A DNA stretch of 64,000 bases from Isosphaeraceae bacterium (GTDB lineage Bacteria > Planctomycetota > Planctomycetia > Isosphaerales > Isosphaeraceae), in contig CBDIDH010000002.1 of the NCBI GenBank assembly GCA_965277595.1, positions 2,893,737 through 2,957,736 on the forward strand, in the 5' to 3' direction. This document shows, one piece after another, positions 1 to 7,517 of this stretch. The notes under the pieces were generated by a model. That model ran no database searches. It was given only the letters and a program-made list of their open reading frames with translations, and was not told the origin of the DNA. Positions within the stretch are counted from its first letter, which is position 1; each line of letters starts with the position of its first letter. Made by a program: the position numbers and the translations under genes.

Positions 1-735
1 GGCATCGCCGGACCTCTCGCCGGTCCTCCCGAGATCGATTTCGTGATTGTCCGCGAGAGCACGGAAGGGATTTTCGCGTCGCTCGGCGGCGGGATCGTCC
101 TCGGCGATCAGGTGGCGACCGACACCCAGGTCATCACCCGACGCGGAACCGAACGGGTCGTCCGCTCGGCGTTCGAGCTGGCGAGGCGTCGCGGTCGACC
201 CGACGCTCGGGTCACCTGCGTGGACAAGGCGAATATCCTGCGATCCTTCGCCTTCTTCCGCAAGGTTTTCGACGAGGTCGCGGCCGGTTATCCCGGGATT
301 GGCGCCGATCACCTTTATGTCGACGCCGCGGCGATGGAGCTTGTCCGCCACCCCGGCCGATTCGATGTCCTTGTGATGGAAAACCTGCTGGGTGACATCC
401 TTTCCGACCTCGCGGCGAGTTTGATCGGCGGCCTTGGCGTTGCCCCTTCGGCCGACATTGGCGACCGTCACGCGGTCTTTCAGCCCTGCCACGGCACGGC
501 GCCCGATATTGCCGGTCTTAACCTGGCAAATCCGATCGCGGCGATCCTCTCGGGTGTGATGCTGCTTGACTACCTGGCCGAGCGTCACGCCGATCCCGCT
601 CCGGCCGCCGCGGCGCGTCGAATCGAATCGGCCGTTTCCCGGGCGATTGCCTCGGGTGAGGCGTTGACAGCCGACATTGGCGGACGGGCCACGACCCGAG
701 ACGCGGCCGAGGCCATTCTTCGACGGTTGGCCTGA
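1..735 (+). CDS. isocitrate/isopropylmalate dehydrogenase family protein (C-terminal part; 5' end outside window)
   Basis: Frame 1 is open from base 1. The translation contains [21 protein letters not shown] and HGTAPDIAG-type motifs characteristic of the IDH/IPMDH/tartrate dehydrogenase family. Confidence 0.8.
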   Translation, partial: GIAGPLAGPPEIDFVIVRESTEGIFASLGGGIVLGDQVATDTQVITRRGTERVVRSAFELARRRGRPDARVTCVDKANILRSFAFFRKVFDEVAAGYPGIGADHLYVDAAAMELVRHPGRFDVLVMENLLGDILSDLAASLIGGLGVAPSADIGDRHAVFQPCHGTAPDIAGLNLANPIAAILSGVMLLDYLAERHADPAPAAAARRIESAVSRAIASGEALTADIGGRATTRDAAEAILRRLA

Positions 736-859
736 CCGGCGGCTCGGCACTGGAAAGCCAGAGGCCGGATCGGTTATCTCTACAGGGGGAGAACCACGCC
801 GCAACATGCCCCTGGAGTCGTCTCGACTCGAATCGACCCCCCTTGTTGAGGCCCCAACG

Positions 860-1147
860 ATGCCCATGACGGTCGTCCGATGTTCGCTCGCCCGCTGCTC
901 CGAGCCCGCCGCATACAAGATCGCCGCCCAATGGAGCGACGGCAGTTTCTCCGAGCTAAAATCTTACGGGTTTGCCTGCTCCGACCACCTTGGCCCGGTC
1001 TTTCGCAACGCGGAAGGCCGCCGCGAGGACTATGCGGTCGGCCCCGGCGAGGCGCTCGAGGAACTCTCCATTTACAAGTACGAACAGGGCCGCCGCGACC
1101 GCCAGCTACAACGCCTCTGGGGCCTGGAAGAGAATTATCGGTCGTGA
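860..1147 (+). CDS. small conserved hypothetical protein, CCCH motif (paralog of 24226..24510)
   Basis: ATG at 860 inside ORF 677..1147. The core RCSLARCSEPAAYKIAAQWSDGSFSELKSYGFACSDH aligns with the second copy in this window, which supports real coding. Confidence 0.6.
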   Translation: MPMTVVRCSLARCSEPAAYKIAAQWSDGSFSELKSYGFACSDHLGPVFRNAEGRREDYAVGPGEALEELSIYKYEQGRRDRQLQRLWGLEENYRS

Positions 1148-1255
1148 CAATCGAGGCGTGAAACGCACCATCTTCCTTGATAGAATGAAGGTGGTGTGTT
1201 TCATGCCCCGTGGGAAATTGGTGACTTACACCCTTTCAAATCGGAATCACAATCC

Positions 1256-1495
1256 ATGATGGCCGTCAGTTCGATCCGTGAGGCGATCCAGGCTCACCCG
1301 TTCCAACCGTTCACCGTTCGAGTCGCCGATCAACGCAGTTACCTGATCCCTCATCAGGAATTCGTGGCGATCGGACCAAACAACCGGACGGTCGTCGTCT
1401 TCAACCAGGATGGCGGTTGCTCGATTCTGGATATGCTGCTGATCACCGGCATCGACATCGCGCCGCCATCCGAGAATCGCGCTGGATCGCTCTGA
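1256..1495 (+). CDS. hypothetical protein (about 80 aa)
   Basis: ORF 1196..1495 with an internal ATG at 1256. No family recognised. Start uncertain (GTG at 1196 is an alternative). Confidence 0.4.
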   Translation: MMAVSSIREAIQAHPFQPFTVRVADQRSYLIPHQEFVAIGPNNRTVVVFNQDGGCSILDMLLITGIDIAPPSENRAGSL

Positions 1496-1512
1496 TCGAA
1501 GAGACGTCCACG

Positions 1513-2106
1513 ATGACTGGCCCGACGCGGCGAAGAGTTACTATCAGTGACGGCTTGTCTCTGGTGGCCGCGACGGGGGTGGGGCTCGCCGCAGTCCGGA
1601 TCGTGACCTCATCGGAATTCCATACGGGAGCGCCACTCGAACGTCTCATTCTCACAGAGCATTCAGCCTCGTTATTTGTCCTCGTCTTGAACATTACCCT
1701 TCTCGGGCTGCATTTCCGAACTCCTCGTCCCGCGTGGCATGTCCTTTTCCGACGTTCGGGTTTCATTGCGAGTGCTGCCGTTTGCGTGACCCTGATGACC
1801 CGTTGTGTAACCTTTGCTGGCGACCTGCTTTGTTACCGATCCCCCGACAGCCTCGATTTCGAGAACACTTCGGATCTCTTTTTCCACCAGTTCGACGGGG
1901 GGCTGGACTGCGTCGCGGTGACATTCGCGACATCGGTCCTGTGTGCCTGGGTCGTCACGGGCCTGGCGGGATGTCGGCAGGCGGACGCGGGGTGGCTGGA
2001 CCGCGCGGGGCGTGCGGCGGGATGGTACTGGATCGGTTCGGCTGTTGCTTTCAAGTCTTTCGAATGGGGCATGCAGTATCGGCGGGATGGTTGGCCCTGG
2101 TGGTGA
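1513..2106 (+). CDS. hypothetical integral membrane protein
   Basis: ATG at 1513 (MTGPTRRRVTISDGLSLVAATGVGLAAV...). Several hydrophobic segments; no family recognised. Confidence 0.5.
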   Translation: MTGPTRRRVTISDGLSLVAATGVGLAAVRIVTSSEFHTGAPLERLILTEHSASLFVLVLNITLLGLHFRTPRPAWHVLFRRSGFIASAAVCVTLMTRCVTFAGDLLCYRSPDSLDFENTSDLFFHQFDGGLDCVAVTFATSVLCAWVVTGLAGCRQADAGWLDRAGRAAGWYWIGSAVAFKSFEWGMQYRRDGWPWW

Positions 2107-2440
2107 ACCGTCCGTCACGGACGGACCGACCGGCGCAGGTAGATTAACAGGGCAGGGAGGGTAAGATTTCCGCCCTCGGGGGCTCAGCCCGGCGCGAGGT
2201 GGGGGACGATACTACGGTCGGTCAAACCTGCCTCGGGGCCTCGGTGGGAGCCGGTGGGTCGGGGTAGGCACTGTCCGTTTGGGATGCGTCGCGGCTGCTC
2301 AGGCAGCCTCGGCCTCAGGTGGGATCGAACCTGACGGGGCCGCTGGTCGGCCTCGGCGAGGTCGAGCCCGGTCGGCCGGTTGGCAAGGTGTCGCGCCGGA
2401 GTGGCGATGCCGGGTCCGACGCTCAAGGAGGTAACAGGAA

Positions 2441-2914
2441 GTGAACATCGTCACGACCCGCTTCGGCCTGATTCAGGCGTTGGATTCGGAGGTCATCCGA
2501 ATTCCCGACGGTCTGGTCGGGTTCCGTTCGTTCACCCAGTACGTCCATCTTCCCGATCCGGTCGTGGCCGGTCTGTCGTGGTTACAAAGCGTGACCGCGC
2601 CGGAACTGGCCTTTGGCCTGATCGCCCCGCCCCTGGCGGTCAGCGATTACCGGATCGAGCTTCGACCGGGCGACCGGTCGGCGCTGGAGCTGGACGAGGA
2701 GCGCTCGGCGCTCGTCTACGTGATCCTGAACCGCGGCGAGGGAGGGGGCCTGACGGTCAACCTCCAGGGGCCTCTGGTTTTTAACCCGGTCCGTCGGCTC
2801 GGCCGGCAGCTCGTGTTGACATCCAGCCGGTACGCGGTGCGGTTTCCCCTGGAAAGTCCCCCCCAGGCGCCCACCCTGCTGCCCGGTCCGACCCCGCTTC
2901 GAGCGACGGCCTGA
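2441..2914 (+). CDS. fliW: flagellar assembly factor FliW (CsrA antagonist)
   Basis: GTG start 8 nt after AAGGAGG. The translation matches the FliW pattern along its length (IPDGLVGF, WLQSV..ELAF, TVNLQGPLVFN, RLGRQLVL..Y..RFPL). It lies directly upstream of csrA, the classic fliW-csrA arrangement. Confidence 0.88.
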   Translation: MNIVTTRFGLIQALDSEVIRIPDGLVGFRSFTQYVHLPDPVVAGLSWLQSVTAPELAFGLIAPPLAVSDYRIELRPGDRSALELDEERSALVYVILNRGEGGGLTVNLQGPLVFNPVRRLGRQLVLTSSRYAVRFPLESPPQAPTLLPGPTPLRATA

Positions 2915-3023
2915 CCGGTCCAGCAGTCTGTCGGCGCAGACGACCCGAACGAATTGTTATGTCGACGGCGTTGGTCGCGTCGCATCCCTATGGCCCCGTC
3001 GTGGTAACCGAGAGCCCGGGCGA

Positions 3024-3069
3024 CGTGATCACGGAAGGTCACGTGTCTCGTTGGCAGGAGGAAGGAGCC
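3024..3069 (+). promoter_or_regulatory. candidate CsrA binding sites in the csrA leader (GGA in a hairpin loop plus GGA-rich Shine-Dalgarno)
   Basis: CGTGA(3024-3028)/TCACG(3039-3043) stem with a 10-nt loop containing GGA (3033-3035). The SD region CAGGAGGAAGGAG (3055-3067) carries three GGA just before the ATG at 3074. Confidence 0.3.
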
Positions 3070-3073
3070 GAAG

Positions 3074-3343
3074 ATGTTGGTCCTGTCCCGACACCGCGAC
3101 GAAAGCATCATCATTGGTGACGACATCGTCATCACCGTGGTGGATATCCGGGGCGATAAGGTTCGATTGGGGATCGCGGCCCCGATCGAGATCTCCGTAC
3201 ACCGCCAGGAGGTGTACGAAGCGATCCAGCGCGAAAACAAGCAAGCCAGCCGACTGGACCCCCAGGACGCTCGCAAGCTTGAACACCTCAACCCCCCGGT
3301 CCGGCGCGACCTGCGTCGCCCCAGGACCGCCGACGACCTCTGA
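3074..3343 (+). CDS. csrA: carbon storage regulator CsrA (89 aa, long C-terminal extension)
   Basis: MLVLSRHRDESIIIGDDIVITVVDIRGDKVRLGIAAPIEISVHRQEVYEAIQRENK is an unmistakable CsrA/RsmA fold sequence. A strong SD lies upstream. Confidence 0.93.
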   Translation: MLVLSRHRDESIIIGDDIVITVVDIRGDKVRLGIAAPIEISVHRQEVYEAIQRENKQASRLDPQDARKLEHLNPPVRRDLRRPRTADDL

Positions 3344-3589
3344 TCGATCTCGCAGCCGATCTAGGCCAACTTCGGACATGAGTTGAGGCGGCGTGATCCG
3401 TGGCGTTTTCGCCCGGAACACCCCGCGCGGGATCGGACCGGCCGGTGACTTCACCCCTCACCGAACCCGTCCCGCCCCCCTGTCAAGTCAAGGCGCTCGC
3501 AACAGGCCGGACGGACGCCCCTCGGTTCATCCCGAGAGTCGTCCGCCCGGCTCGCTTTATTTCCAGGATGACCGACCTGAACGCTCAAG

Positions 3590-3700
3590 AGTTCAGGGGT
3601 TCTTCTTGTTGTCAGGACAAAGGACAAAGGACAAAGGGCAAAGGGCAGAAGACAGATTTTGTCCTTTGCCCTCTGCCCTTTGTCCTCTTGAACTTGAGCC
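3590..3700. repeat. intergenic hairpin element, GGACAAA/GGGCAAA-type (copy A)
   Basis: Left arm 3628-3653 (AGGACAAAGGGCAAAGGGCAGAAGAC) pairs with right arm 3661-3686 at 23 of 26 positions. Loop is AGATTTT. Extra GGACAAA units lie 5' of the stem. Located between convergent csrA and FHA genes. Confidence 0.85.
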
Positions 3701-3713
3701 ACCCAAGACAACC

Positions 3714-4235
3714 CTAATCCAGATCAATAATCACGTCGTCATCGTGAGTGCCCGGCTTCGAGGCGAGCAGCTTGCGCCAGCCGGCATCGTCATCGCTGTC
3801 ATCGTCAAGGATCTCCAGGGCCTCGGCCTTACCCTCGGAGGACGGGGGCGGGAACCCGGAATCGGATTTCGCGGGCGCGGCCTTGGCAACCGCCACGGGC
3901 CGACCGGTCCCCTTACCAGGGTCCGGTCGTTCCGAAGGGCCAGGGACGTCGTCGGGTCCAAGATAGACCCGCATCTTGTAGCCGCCGAGCGTGATCCGGT
4001 CTTCGGGCAAGAGCGCGGCCCAGCGAATCTTTTGACCTTTGACCTTGGTTCCGTTCGTGGTGGCGAGATCGCGAATCACGAGCAGTCCGTCGGTTTTGAC
4101 GACCACGCAGTGCCGCTTCGAGAGGCTATGGTGATCAATCACGACGTCGCAATAACCCTTGCGTCCGATCACCGTGAGGTCCTTCGTGATCGGAATGGGT
4201 GGGTCCCCGTTACTGGGCACTAGCTCGGCTTTCAT
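3714..4235 (-). CDS. FHA domain-containing protein (173 aa) with acidic C-terminal tail
   Basis: ATG at 4235 inside the long ORF 3714..5426. LTVIGRKGYCDVVIDHHSLSKRHCVVVKTDGLLVIRDLATTNGTKVKGQKI is a typical FHA core. Confidence 0.82.
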   Translation of the reverse strand: MKAELVPSNGDPPIPITKDLTVIGRKGYCDVVIDHHSLSKRHCVVVKTDGLLVIRDLATTNGTKVKGQKIRWAALLPEDRITLGGYKMRVYLGPDDVPGPSERPDPGKGTGRPVAVAKAAPAKSDSGFPPPSSEGKAEALEILDDDSDDDAGWRKLLASKPGTHDDDVIIDLD

Positions 4236-4536
4236 TCGGGTCCGCCCTCTCGCGTGCCGGAAGGGCTCAACCGGCAAGATCCGATCGCCCCTCGCTCCTT
4301 CTATCTTACAACTCATTCCGCAACGTGTGACTTCCCCAAACCGCGCCGACAACCTCCTAAGCTTTTGAAAAGCCAGATTTCTGGTGTCAGACACTCCAGA
4401 AAACTCGTCTCGATTTTTGATCTTTCGCGATCGCCTTGGGTTTTTCCAACACAAGAATTCCGGTTTTCTCGAAGCCTTCCTTGAAACGAGGCCCGATTCT
4501 TCACGGTAAGGCTTCGATTTGAAAAACCTTAAAGTT

Positions 4537-4552
4537 TGGCACGTTTGGTGCT
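4537..4552 (+). promoter_or_regulatory. candidate sigma-54 (RpoN) promoter
   Basis: TGGCACGTTTGGTGCT matches the consensus TGGCAC-N5-TTGCW. It has the invariant GG and GC at the exact GG-N10-GC spacing and sits 170 nt upstream of the Gly-rich protein ATG. Confidence 0.4.
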
Positions 4553-4670
4553 CTTGTAATGTTGTTTTGCGTGACCTGGCAGGGTTCGGACCGTCGTGAG
4601 GACAAACGCCGAAAATTTGAGAAGGCGTTGGGCCAGCTTCGGGTCGGACTCGTATATGCTTGGGTAACCG

Positions 4671-4692
4671 CTCGCCCGACGGGCGAGTTTTT
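4671..4692 (+). terminator. rho-independent terminator-like hairpin inside the 5' leader of the Gly-rich protein gene
   Basis: CTCGCCC-GAC-GGGCGAG followed by TTTTT. It lies between the sigma-54 motif and the ATG at 4722. Confidence 0.45.
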
Positions 4693-4721
4693 CTACAGCT
4701 TTGCGTGGCGGAGTGCTTCCC

Positions 4722-7289
4722 ATGAACCGCTTCTTTGCCTTCGGAGTGGGAGCCTGCGTTGCACTGACCGCGGGTGGTCACCTGAAATCGGCGTCGGCAC
4801 AACAAGACGTGCCGCCGCTGGAACAACCCGCCGCCGTGGCGCCGGACCGTACCCAGACCGACCTCCAGCCGGCCCGCGAGGCCCCCGAGCAACTCGCCGC
4901 GGCCGATCCCGACGTGAATCGCCCCATTCGACCCTTGACCGAAGGGCCTCTCCACGAGGCCTTCCTCTCTCCGGCGAAGGATCGTGACGCGGTTCACGTC
5001 GAGAAGGCCCCTCCCCCGCCGATCGTCGAGCGTCCCGGCGTCGATCCGCCTGATCCCCGCGCCCAGTGGATCGAGGGTTACTGGGAATGGGACACCCCCC
5101 GCAAAGATTACACCTGGGTAACCGGTACCTGGCGCGTCGCGCCTCCGGGCCGCTTCTTCGTGAACGGTTACTGGAAGCGAGACGATCAGGGCTGGTATCG
5201 CGTCCCCGGCTTTTGGTCCGATCGCAAGACCGACCGTCTTGACTTTCGCAAGGACGGCCCGCCGACCGAACATCCCGCCGACAACCCCGGAGAATCTCCC
5301 GGCGCAGACTATTTTTACGTCCCCGGCCAGTATTTTCCCGACGGCGATGGCGTTGTCTGGAAGGCGGGCTACTGGGCGAAGGTCCAGTCCGGTTGGTCGT
5401 GGGTTCCCGCGCAGTGGGTCAAGCAACCCGAAGGCTGGACCTTTCAGGAAGGCTACTGGGACCGAACCCTTGAAGATCGCGGAACCCTCTTCGCCCCGGC
5501 ACAGGTCGCCGCGTCGGCCCGCGATGGCAACACGGTTTATCAGCCCTACACTCAGGTTTCACCTCAGAGTTACGGCCTTCTCTACGGGGCCTTCGGCCGT
5601 CCGAACTCCAACTATGACGGCTACCCCGGTTGCTACTACGACCCGACCGGACGTTACTACGGTTACGCCCAGTATGGCACGATCGGCAACTATTACGGCT
5701 ACCTTGATTACCCTTACTACGGCTCGCTTGGCTATCCCTATATCGCCCAACCCCTGAACTACGGCTACGGCGGGTACGGTAGTGGCTACGGCGGATATGG
5801 AGGCGGGTACGGCGGGTACGGTGGCTATGGAGGTGGTTACGGCGGGTACGGTGGGTATGGCGGTGGTTACGGCGGGTACGGTGGTTATGGCGGCTACGGT
5901 GGATTTGGGCTTGGAGGGTTGTTCGGCGGCCTCTTCGGGTTCGGCTATGGCGGACTCGGTTATGGCGGGCTTGGACTCGGCTACGGCGGCCTCGGCTACG
6001 GCGGTTATGGTGGCTACGGCGGTTATGGTGGCTACGGCGGATTCGGTGGCCTTGGTTACGGTGGTTTCGGCTACGGCGGTCTTGGTTTTGGCGGCCTCGG
6101 CTTTGGAGGTTTCGGCCTGGGACTGGGCCTTGGATTGGGTCTCGGCGGTTTTGGTTATGGTGGCTACGGCGGTTATGGTGGCTACGGCGGTTATGGAGGA
6201 TATGGAGGTTATGGCTACGGCGGCTATGGTCGCGGCGGATACGCCAATGGCGGCTATGGACGTGGTTATGGCAACGGTGGCGGCTACGGCCATCATTACC
6301 CCTTCTATCCTGGTGGAAATCACGGGGGTGGCTACGGCAACGCGAACCATAACAACTTTGCCTCGGCCAATTCCCGGTTCGGTATCGGCGGATCGAACAT
6401 CCGGGGCGGTTCGGTGCTGAACAACCGAAGCGTGGCCATGGGCCGGAATTCAGGAATGATGTCCCCGCCGTCGTCCAGGGCGTATGCGAACCCGTTCATG
6501 CATAACACGTCGATGAGCGGTGCCGGTGGAAATGTCCGGCACGCGGTTGGCGGCAATGGCATGTCCGGTTCGAACTGGCACGCCGGTTACAACGGAGTTC
6601 AGCACTCGGGCCTTCAGCAGCATTCGGCCGCTCGACCCGCGTTCAACTCGGGTCTCGGCAACAACGGACTGAACCACGCGGGCGGCCTTGGTGGCCTTGG
6701 TGCTGGTGGCCTGAACCACGCGGGCGGCCTTGGAGCCGGTGGCTTGAACCACGCGGGCGGCCTTGGCGGTGGTTTGAGCCATGCAGGTTCCGGATACACG
6801 CCTCGGGCCGGGGGTATCGGCGGAGGCCCGGCGATCAGTCGCGGCGGAATGCCGGGGCTGGGGGGTGGAGCGTTGGGAAATCAGGCCCACATGGCGAATG
6901 GGGGCGGTCTGAACCATGCCGGTGCTCTGGGGGCGACGATGCATCCCGGCGGTGGCAATGCGGGACTCGGCGGCCTGGGCGGACGTGGTTTCTCGCCTCC
7001 GGTGCATGCGGGAGGCGGTTACGGCGGTTTTGGAGCCGCTCCGCACATGGGGGGCGGCTTCGCGGCGGCTCCGCACATGGGTGGCTATGGCGGACACGTC
7101 GGCGGTCTCTCACCGGCGCATCTCGGTGGAGGTTATGGCGGTGGAGGTCATGTCGGCGGTTTTGGTGGATTTAGCGGCGGCGGCCACATGGGCGGCGGCG
7201 CGGTCCACATGGGGGGTGGCGGCGGTCATATGGGTGGCGGCGGCGGCCACATGGGTGGCGGTGGTCATGCCGGTGGCGGTCACCACTAA
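4722..7289 (+). CDS. exported YXWGXW-repeat protein with giant Gly/Tyr- and Gly/His-rich low-complexity region
   Basis: ATG at 4722, preceded by GGAG with a 7-nt spacer. Signal peptide MNRFFAFGVGACVALTAGGHLKSASA. W/Y repeats (GYWEWD, TGTWRV, NGYWKRD, AGYWAKV, EGYWD). Then (GYGG)n, (GGLNHAGGLG)n and a C-terminal (GGGGHM)n. Confidence 0.75.
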   Translation: MNRFFAFGVGACVALTAGGHLKSASAQQDVPPLEQPAAVAPDRTQTDLQPAREAPEQLAAADPDVNRPIRPLTEGPLHEAFLSPAKDRDAVHVEKAPPPPIVERPGVDPPDPRAQWIEGYWEWDTPRKDYTWVTGTWRVAPPGRFFVNGYWKRDDQGWYRVPGFWSDRKTDRLDFRKDGPPTEHPADNPGESPGADYFYVPGQYFPDGDGVVWKAGYWAKVQSGWSWVPAQWVKQPEGWTFQEGYWDRTLEDRGTLFAPAQVAASARDGNTVYQPYTQVSPQSYGLLYGAFGRPNSNYDGYPGCYYDPTGRYYGYAQYGTIGNYYGYLDYPYYGSLGYPYIAQPLNYGYGGYGSGYGGYGGGYGGYGGYGGGYGGYGGYGGGYGGYGGYGGYGGFGLGGLFGGLFGFGYGGLGYGGLGLGYGGLGYGGYGGYGGYGGYGGFGGLGYGGFGYGGLGFGGLGFGGFGLGLGLGLGLGGFGYGGYGGYGGYGGYGGYGGYGYGGYGRGGYANGGYGRGYGNGGGYGHHYPFYPGGNHGGGYGNANHNNFASANSRFGIGGSNIRGGSVLNNRSVAMGRNSGMMSPPSSRAYANPFMHNTSMSGAGGNVRHAVGGNGMSGSNWHAGYNGVQHSGLQQHSAARPAFNSGLGNNGLNHAGGLGGLGAGGLNHAGGLGAGGLNHAGGLGGGLSHAGSGYTPRAGGIGGGPAISRGGMPGLGGGALGNQAHMANGGGLNHAGALGATMHPGGGNAGLGGLGGRGFSPPVHAGGGYGGFGAAPHMGGGFAAAPHMGGYGGHVGGLSPAHLGGGYGGGGHVGGFGGFSGGGHMGGGAVHMGGGGGHMGGGGGHMGGGGHAGGGHH
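5757..6300 (+). repeat. in-frame short tandem DNA repeats encoding (GYGG)n/(GLGYGG)n
   Basis: Reiterated GGCTACGGCGGTTATGGT-like units throughout. The same region yields Ala/Thr/Val-rich shadow ORFs in other frames. Confidence 0.9.
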
Positions 7290-7390
7290 TCGCAACGCGA
7301 CGCCAGACGTTAGTTAACAATCGGGCTGTCCTGGAACTCTCCGGGGCAGGCCGATTTTTGTTGGAGCCATTTATCAAGTCTTTGCGAGAT

Positions 7391-7495
7391 GAAGAGGAAT
7401 CCCAGTGAAGGGCAAAGGGCAAAGGGCAAAGGGCAAAGGGCAAAGGGCAAAGGGCAAAGGACAGATTTTATCCTTTGCCCTTTGCCCTCTTCAAC
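7391..7495. repeat. intergenic hairpin element, GGGCAAA-type (copy B), asymmetric arms
   Basis: Seven tandem GGGCAAA units (7410-7458). Only the last about 17 nt (7445-7461) pair with TCCTTTGCCCTTTGCCC (7471-7487). The loop CAGATTTTA resembles that of copy A. Located between convergent Gly-rich gene and purH. Confidence 0.85.
7410..7458 (+). other. canonical G-quadruplex-forming motif (G3-N4)x7
   Basis: Seven GGG tracts separated by CAAA. Five tracts lie outside the base-paired part of hairpin copy B. Confidence 0.5.
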
Positions 7496-7517
7496 TACTG
7501 GCAAGATCGCCATCGCC

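Noticed and set aside
2290-2335. tRNA-like T-arm (minus strand GGTTCGATCCC) upstream of fliW
   Set aside because: The flanking bases do not form a 5-bp T-stem with a 7-nt loop (TCAGG would need CCTGA directly after TTCGATC). No acceptor, D or anticodon arms could be drawn. No other tRNA or rRNA signatures were seen in the window.
3714-5426. 570-aa minus-strand ORF
   Set aside because: Only the last 173 codons (from the ATG at 4235) form an FHA protein. The upstream 400 codons run through an AT-richer intergenic region and antisense to the Gly-rich gene, with Arg/Gly-rich nonsense composition.
5559-6420. ORFs 5559..6350 (-) and 5782..6420 (+) encoding Ala/Thr/Val-rich repeats
   Set aside because: These are alternate-frame or antisense readings of the (GYGG)n DNA repeat. 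The signal-peptide-bearing frame 4722..7289 is the coherent gene.
7410-7458. Possible CRISPR array or coding repeat at (GGGCAAA)x7
   Set aside because: A 7-nt unit without spacers is not a CRISPR. The ORFs across it ([12 protein letters not shown]...) are artefacts of the repeat. It is interpreted as the arm of a hairpin element.
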